NCBI GenBank assembly: GCA_048013815.1
Contig: CM106585.1
Location: 16,306,001 to 16,370,000 of the forward strand
Direction of reading: 5' to 3'
From: Setoptus koraiensis
Lineage: Eukaryota > Animalia > Arthropoda
Length of the DNA: 64,000 bases
Below the pieces are notes generated by a model. It had not been told where the DNA came from and ran no database searches. It saw only the letters and a program-made list of their open reading frames with translations. Each line of letters opens with the position of its first letter. Position 1 is the first letter of the stretch. A program made the position numbers and the translations under genes. This document shows, piece by piece, positions 56,082-64,000 of the stretch.

Positions 56082-57181
56082 TCTAATTTCGTTTTCGTGT
56101 TTAATTTCAATATTATTGCGTCGATTGTCCGTGAGTAGTTAAGATAATGATATTGCCAAATTATGTCCCGATACAAACAGCACAGAATGTGTGTATAAAT
56201 TATATTTTACCCAGTTTCGATTGAATAATGTCGCTACATATTATGACTGTTTTGGCGATTTCTGACGATTGTACCACAAGTAACAAAACTCTTCTATCCA
56301 TAATATTTGATGAATATATCATATATTGATTCTATGTGAATTAAAGACATGTGTATGATAAAAACTCTGGTCTGTTGATTAGCCTGTTGAGGTATGATGA
56401 TTGACCAGTAAAATTGTTTGAATAATGCATAATAATAATAACAAGATACTCATCATATAATCGGTGAGAATCATCTGGTGGACTGAACTATTATTGTCTC
56501 CAAGTAAAATTTTGTTTATTATCCAGGACAGATCGTAAGTCAGACAGACAGATTTGTCTAGGATTTGTTGGATCTATAGTAGCAGCAATGATGTATGTAG
56601 TGTCACATTCCAGTAAACGTAGAAATATTATTTGTATCAGAAACGATGAATGGTTTCTGTCAAAATGGAAATATTTTCCAATCAGATGGGAAGAAAAATA
56701 TTCTGATGACAAATAACCGGGATTAAATTGTTGGTGCTAATTGATCAGATGTTGCTTGTCTATTCTAGGTAAATACCACAAACAATATTAGCAATAATGT
56801 AAAATGAACGTCTTGAACCTTCAAAGAAAATAATGAAAACATAAAGACATCAAAACTTGACAAAGTGTGTGTGTGTGTGTGTTTCTCGCCCAAAGACTGT
56901 GTGCGTGTGTGTGTGTATGTGTGTCTATTTTTTGCCTGTGTGTTTTCTGTGTATCACACAAACAAAAACTGCTTGGTTGACGATTAGTCGACAACTGGGG
57001 TTCTGATTGTAATTATCAATATTATTTATATATGGTATATGTATATATATGTGTATAGATTTATTTTACTTTTATCGGGACAAATAATCAACAATTCTTG
57101 TTTCTTACTCTGTTTCTATTGAGATTGTAATCGTATTATAAGAATAACAGAGGCATCACTGTGTTGAGCAGTTTGAGTTAG

Positions 57182-59020
57182 CTATACACTATCTTCGAGT
57201 AAATATTCATTACCGGTGTCAATTAGAGTTCCATGGCTCGCTTCATGACCCACCGAGTTGGGATCGCCCATGTGTTTCAAGAATAAGAATGCCGTCAGTA
57301 AAACAAAATTACCAAAACAATCACTTATGGACATGAGTATAGGTATAACACAATTATCTGGATCCCAGCGTTGCTTCCATGTGACTGGTGTCACCAGGTA
57401 AGTTAGGCATTGTATAAATGTCACTTGGGTTACGGCTGCCAGCAAACAACAAGCCACTAGATAGAATGTTATATCCACATGGCTTGGACAAAGTATAAAT
57501 ATGGAGCATAGATACACTGAAACGGCTGGCACACACATGAGAATGAGCCATCTAGATACCGATGCGTTCATGTCTAATAATTGACATCCAGGCAGAGTTG
57601 ATTGCAATGATAGAAAACAATTGTAGCTAATTAGATTGGGGTATATTGATTTTCAGCACAAGTCACTCTTGAGCAAGTGTTACTTAAACTCACCTTTAGC
57701 GTATAATGCTCTGATTGGCGATTGTAGGCATTTGCCGGCATCATTAGATGCTCTCTCGGGAGCTACTTGACTTAGTTGCTGGAAATAGGTCGAGATTCGG
57801 CTAGTTTGTACGGCCATCAAATTGACACTAACACCATTTACCACAGCTTGATATATTGCTATTCTAGCGAAGGCCTCAACGGCATGATCGAACACTAATC
57901 CGGACATAGTCGCCACACTGACTGCCATGGCCAATGGAATATGTGTCTCAATGAACATTCCCCTGGTGAAGGGATTTCCGTTTGCAACATAGATAAACAT
58001 TGGTAATAAACAAATCAATGTCAATATTAGGGTATAATATAACCAAGTATAGGTGGCTATTGTATGAAATAATGCTGCTGTTATAGATACAAAAAATACA
58101 GATGAGAAATCTCCCAACATGGCAGCTATAAGAGTGGACACATTGTCTGGATTTACATTAGCCTTCTCGGATGCCACCACTACGGCCATTATAATCATTG
58201 AACTAATTATTTCGTTGATACAAATCGAGGTCATGCCAGTGGCCAATACTCTGACGCCAAGAAAGAAGTTGAATTGTCCCACTTGCAATGTGTTGATTCC
58301 AACAACTAATAGTCCTGCCATGCAACCAAATATGACAGATTGTGTTTGTAGCAGTGCCAAATTACCCAAGAATGCTCGAAACTTCTCTTTGGGACTCTTG
58401 ATTGTGCCCATATTCGAGCAAGTGGACAATCTGGCGGCCAACGTGGCCTCAAGATTTGTTTTGAAGGCCATAACCGTTGCCAGAAGCATGTAAAATATGG
58501 TGTTTTCTCGAAACACCCTCCATGTTTGGGCATAATTTAAAAACAAACCCGCGGCAACATTACCAAAACCAGACAACAGAAACGGTATAAATACTTGCAA
58601 TAGTAGAACTCTTGTTGTTTCTTTATTCCTGATGTTGTTTCTAGCTTGTGCCGCCAATAGTGGACCACGTATGTCCTCACTGAAACGTCTTCTCTCTGTA
58701 TTGGGTACACCCAAGAATATATTTCGAATGCTGGGCTTCCTAGTCAGGGATGTATCATGAACAGTGGGCCTACGTTGATATCTAGTCAATTGTATGATGT
58801 CGTTAGGTAATGATTTAGTAGCATTCAAGTCAGGTATATAACTGTTTTGGTGAGGATTAATGGACAAAGCAAAAACTTTTCCATCGTCATATAGATCATC
58901 ATTTGTCGACCTAGCGGTGTGGCCACCACCCACGCCATTAGAGGAATTAATTTCTCCGTTATCTTCTGCCCTTCCTTGCAGATCGTATTGTTTTTTTGCG
59001 TTCCATTTTATTAGCGGCAT
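57182..59020 (-). CDS. SLC41 (MgtE-domain) Mg2+ transporter; exons 57694-59020 and 57182-57573
   Basis: LQVFIPFLLSG.G; NLEATLAARLST; NPDNV...LGD; NLMAVQTSRIST; DPDN..IP...SD. Phase-1 intron 57574-57693. ATG 59020 is preferred because an acceptor-like TCCGTCAG lies just before it; the track start at 59074 is also possible. Confidence 0.88.
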
Positions 59021-60529
59021 ATCTGACGGAATATGAATATGTGTGTCGTGGGTATAGGATATATAGGCACACACTATAGTGACTAGTTAATCGACAAAAT
59101 GATAACTAAGCTATTAACAGGTAGCTAAAAGGTGGGTACGCAATTGATATAGTAGCTCACTACTGTTGATTGATTGATAATAAGTATCATTTATACGTTG
59201 CAAACTTTCTGTTTACATTACATAATTAGTTAGCATATTGTTATGCCAACTATTTTCAACTATCGGTTATCTTGAGAGCGTTTCAAGAGGTAACATAACA
59301 GTAATTAGTAATCAGTTATTTAGTGCTAGTTGATTCTTAGGTGAAATGTGACAGAGCTTGGCTTGCAAATGAACACAAGTGCTTGGAAGTCTTGGAAGTC
59401 TATTTAACCCTGATTAGTTTTGATCATGAACCGATGCCATTCTACAAGTGACAGTCACCGATAGATTGTTCCGATTGCCTCTAATTCATGCTGGCCATTG
59501 CAACACACACACACACACATTTACACAAGTTATAGCTGCTGCCATAATAATCGATAGCGTTTGAAAGAGAGAAATCAACAATAGTGCCGATCTGAATAAT
59601 TAATTCTAATTACGATGACGTACACACATAGATCGCTTGCATGTAAATACATCCACTGGTATCCACCAGCAATTGTCCAAATATATAACTGACTAACTGA
59701 ACAAAATGGCATCATCGTGTCTAATGGCTTATTACGTCTCTGCTTAGAGCACCCATAACTACAACTTGTAACTTATAACGAAACAGAGACAGCGAGAAAA
59801 TACTGTCACTGTTTCGTAAAGTAGGCAGTAGTTGTATGGAATCGATTAATGTCAACAACACACATATTGGTAGGCTCTTTCGCTTTATTCCTACCTGATC
59901 TAGTTTAACTTATTATCACAATATATACATATAAACACTGTATGGCTGCGACAGAACTGAAGCAACCATTGACATGGGAAACATGGCAGTTTCCATTTCA
60001 ATTAGAACTAATTAATCATTGTCATCATTGGCAAACAACCATATTGTGTGCGATAATAAATAAGCTATCATTTTTGGTTCGCTGAAATCAATAATATGAT
60101 AATCAGTAATTAGACATTATTGTTAATATTGTTGTTACCTTTCATTAAATGGTAACAAACAACAACAACAGTAATAACAACATTGCATGGAGGTGTTGAC
60201 AAGGTCTTCGGAGGATATGCATTCTATGATATACCATGTGATGGCTGTTACACATAGTGTCACAAATTGGACTTACCAACAGCCTCCCCTTTGCATATTA
60301 CATGTATGGTATTACTTGTGTGCCTAATGGTGATGTTGACGGCAAAAGAACATCACAATGGAAAATCACATTACTATATCATAGTGCGAGGTGAATGGAA
60401 GGAAAAAATTATCCTCTTCTCTCTTTGAATTTAAATAGAATTTAAAACAGTATAACTCTGAGACTAGAGCGACTCTAGATAAAACATTTTGAGTATTTAT
60501 TCAACAGTGTGTAAATTCGCATGTGACAA

Positions 60530-61674
60530 TCACTCTTGATTGGTTCTTTTTTGTAGCCTCTCGTAATGGCCCATTACATCTTGAACGTCTTCCACACTAC
60601 CTAGAAAAATGGGCGCCCGCTCGTGTATCTTAGAGGGTATCAAATCAAGTACGTGAATACCCGGAGCGGCCATTGCTATTCCGCCTGCCTTTTCCATAAT
60701 GAAGGCCATTGGATTGCATTCATAAAGTAAACGCAATTTACCATTTGGCGAATCCTTCATCCTTGGGTACATAAAAATGCCACCGTATTTGAGGGTACGA
60801 TGCACATCGGAAACCATGGAGCCCACGTAACGGGCCGAATAAGGTTTTTGTTCTACACCTGCTGAGTCCTTGCCGGGATATTTTCTACTATGTACATAAC
60901 TCTTGACTGCCTCGTCCCATTTTGAGTGGTAACCCTCATTAATACTGTAGATGTTGCCCCTTGGCTTCACTCTCATATCGGCATCGGTTAGAATAAATTC
61001 ACCAATTGACGGGTCCAACATGAAACCGTGAACACAATCGTTTACGGCCAAAACAATAACTGTGGCCGACCCGTAAAGTGCATATCCGGCTGCAACAATA
61101 CTCCTGCCGCTGGGTAACTCAGGTCGAGGAACTTTCGGATCCTTTGTAAAGAGAAAACATAGGCTCCTTAGTTAACTTAACGTAATGTGATGTAATGTTG
61201 TTTGTGATAATTGTCACTGTGTGTGTGTGTGTGTAATTTACTCACCTGACGGTATATGGCAAAAATAGAACCGATTGATGCAAGACAATCAATGTTTGAT
61301 GAGCCGTCTAAGGGATCGAACGCTATGAGGTATTTGCCAGCTTTGTCAGCTTCAATACCAATGACGTTCTCGTTCTCCTCACTGATCATCATGTATGTGG
61401 TATAAGAGGATTTAAGCATATTGATAAATAATTCATTCGCTAAAACATCAAGTCTTTTGACCTCTTCGCCCTGAACGTTGACATCGCCCGCCAAACCGAA
61501 TAAGTTTGCCATACCGGCCTTCCTGACAGCCGATGAAACAGATTTGATGGCTGTCTGTAAAGCAGTTAATAATGTCGTCAATTCTCCGCTGGCATTTGGA
61601 TATTTTCTCTGTTCTTCAATGAGAAATCGTGTCAATGTCATACAATTTGTATCAAAAGATACCGAGGAAGCCAT
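60530..61674 (-). CDS. FBP1: Fructose-1,6-bisphosphatase; exons 61246-61674 and 60530-61141 (346 aa)
   Basis: [58 protein letters not shown]. Phase-0 intron 61142-61245. Confidence 0.97.
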
Positions 61675-62037
61675 TGTTACTGTGTGCTATCTGTCTGGTT
61701 ATTATTCTAGGTGCTTCTGAGATATTCAACAAGTAACATTAATATAAATGAGTAGAATAATACAGCATAGTATAGTAGAATATTTAGATTGCGACTACAA
61801 ATTGTTAGCTCTCTGTTCAACACTATCATCTCGCTAGCTGGGTACAATTGAATATCGATGTACAATTTTGTTGTCGCCGTTGTTGTTGTCTGTTTTCATG
61901 TGTATGCGCACTCGTATCTTTTCATCATCAAAAAAATATGTTTGTTATTCATTTACTTAATAGGTGCTGTCACAATCAATTGCTGATTGCGAATTTCACA
62001 ATGTGAAAACAAACACACACGCAAAATGTCTAGCTAG

Positions 62038-62145
62038 ATGCTTTCTTGTACACTAGTGGTGTGTATCGCAATAGAAAGGTTGATTGCCGTCAGATCTAAC
62101 GCAATTTTGTCAGAACCGAGAAAGAAGAGGGCACATATAATTTAT
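62038..62145 (+). pseudogene. Possible isolated class-A GPCR fragment (TM3/ICL2)
   Basis: TLVVCIAIERLIAV...RKKRAHII resembles the ERY/DRY TM3 end plus loop 2 of peptide receptors. No other helices were recognised nearby. Confidence 0.35.
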
Positions 62146-62660
62146 CAGACCTTAGAGTTTTCCAATACATGGAAAAAGTTCTTCAATTACAATGTAAGCA
62201 CTGAACAAAATCAGTCGGCAGTTTCTAGCCGACGCAAAGCTGTGGAAAGATCGAGAATGAACACTTGTATAATCCCGCCAAATTGTTGATGAATCAATGT
62301 ATCAGCTCGATGCTCTTATCAAAGCATCCAAGATAACCTAAATAGATACATGATACCGACGCAATTGATCAGCTATCACCAACACAAAATGATATTCTCT
62401 TTTATAGTACTTTATTCCTGATATATGTTTTACAAATTGTTGGTCACGCTAGATATACAATTGCTATCGAAAGTTACTTCTCCTTCTTCTTGAAACTCGG
62501 TGAATGTCAAAGACTATTTTGGATATGGTTCATAATAATAAATAATAAATATGAGGATCTCTTATAATAAATTATGAGTCTCTACAAGATTGTGTTGTTG
62601 TTTGTGCGCTTCCGTTCAGAACTCGACACTGTTAGGCCAGTGATGTCTACTGATGTAATA

Positions 62661-63592
62661 TTATATTTGGTTCTCTTGACATTGATATAATTTGGCACAA
62701 TCTTCATTGTTTCTTCCACGATGTGTAGCTTGTGTGATCTTGTTTGTTCCGTCTCCTAGAAAATAACCTGAGGCATACCCGCCTACCTGAGCTATGACAG
62801 CTCCAAAGTGTCGCCCATCTCTCACGGCGTCTCTACCGGCCTCGCATAGATATCTCTGACTGCATTCTTCATTGGCAGCCCTAAGCGACTTGACATAACC
62901 CTGAAGCATGGAAACTCCGGCAGTGGCAACTTCATCCATTGTATCTTTGAGGCCTCTGCTCGATGCACTTCGTGCCTTTTGACTAAATGTGTTCTTTAAT
63001 AGTTCGAGAGCCTGTAACAATTAATTAGACAACACCAATTTATTAGTGGATTAGTAAGTGCTTAGACGAAAGATTTAATTGATAATGAAAACGAAGCGGG
63101 GTAAATAGAACCTACCTTGGACAGGATGTCCAATACCTGTTTTGAGGTACGGCTTAGCTCTTCGGTGTTGCCCCAAATCAAATGAATGATGTTCTTGACA
63201 AGGTTTTTTGGGGTGAAAAATTCCATCACTTGCTTCTTGTCTGTTTCGGTACGATATTTGCTACTGTCGATGTTGTTGTTATTCGCGGCTGATCTACCCT
63301 GACGTTCAACAGATTGGAATGCTGCAGAGGTCACTTGTTGAGCTATGGCAGCCACATTTTCTAGAAGTTGTTGATGTTTCGATTGTTGTTGTGGTTGTTG
63401 CTGACTTCCGGATGATGTAGTCGATAAAGCAACTTGCTGAGGAGGACTGCTCTGTTTTTCGCTGCTCTGACCTGGGGCCAATTGAATTTGTCCTGGCAAC
63501 GTAGTTACTGATGCTAGTGTCTGGCTTGCAACCAGTATCAAACAAAATGCGGCTCCCAAGAGAGACGTATTATACATGATGATTTGTTGCAT
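62661..63592 (-). CDS. Secreted protein of unknown function (signal peptide, Q/S-rich linker, RQGR site, Cys motif C..RYLCE...C); exons 63116-63592 and 62661-63011
   Basis: Leader MQQIIMYNTSLLGAAFCLILVASQTLAS. Phase-0 intron 63012-63115 (AAG|GTAGGT ... TTACAG|GCT). The C-terminal motif recalls DM4/DM12-like arthropod proteins (unverified). Confidence 0.75.
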
Positions 63593-64000
63593 AGCTTTGT
63601 TGCTTTTGTGCAAATATTGCCTCTCTGACGTTATTATAAACAACGATAGATTGATGAAGGGGTATTAATGACAATGCAGTTGAATTATTGATTAAAATCA
63701 CAACGGATAACAGTCTGCAACAATAATAAACAGCTCAAACAACAATTGATGTTGTCAATTGGAAGATACAATTGTTAATGATGGTACGAAGATGGTTCAA
63801 CTTACTATGATGGCGAATGACGGACGATAGAGTTCAAGTTACGGAAAACAAGCGTAAACTTGAGCTGTAACGGTGTTGCATAAGCGTTGCGACGCCTTGT
63901 AAGATATTTTTCAAGTGTTTGAAGTGTTTTTTGTTTGCAGTCTAATTATGGAATGATTTTGGAGTAGTACAAGAAGTCGCCAGATAAGAAGTATCACTGG

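Noticed and set aside
1-64000. tRNA, rRNA or snRNA genes
   Set aside because: None was recognised by eye; tRNAscan-SE and Infernal would be needed to exclude them.

Overview
Eukaryotic (arthropod) genomic DNA. The gene set, very short or absent introns and dense packing suggest a streamlined mite genome, possibly eriophyoid (inference, not verified). The window has two regimes. (1) ~1-17.7 kb is GC/CpG-rich and gene-poor. It holds only the 5' exons of a dusky-like ZP-domain cuticle gene, about 20 unrelated short tandem arrays, and at least 31 copies of the bZIP palindrome TTRCGYAA. (2) ~17.8-64 kb is AT-richer and gene-dense, with mostly intronless genes: NRF-6-like acyltransferase, PIGV, HAUS6, MSH6, MRPS5, POP5, MED16, UVSSA, SZT2 (8-kb single exon), SLC38A7-like, SHQ1, SmB, MAP4K3/hppy, SLC41, FBPase and a secreted protein. 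Most notable observations: a spliced gene model joining a signal-peptide-like leader to a Tc1/mariner-type DNA-binding domain; an in-frame TAA interrupting MSH6 just before its ATPase domain; locally copied fragments of PIGV and MRPS5 lying in neighbours' 3' regions; SHQ1 nested antisense in intron 1 of SLC38A7; and tandem amplification of bZIP sites around the ZP gene. Gene identities come from remembered family motifs, not database searches.
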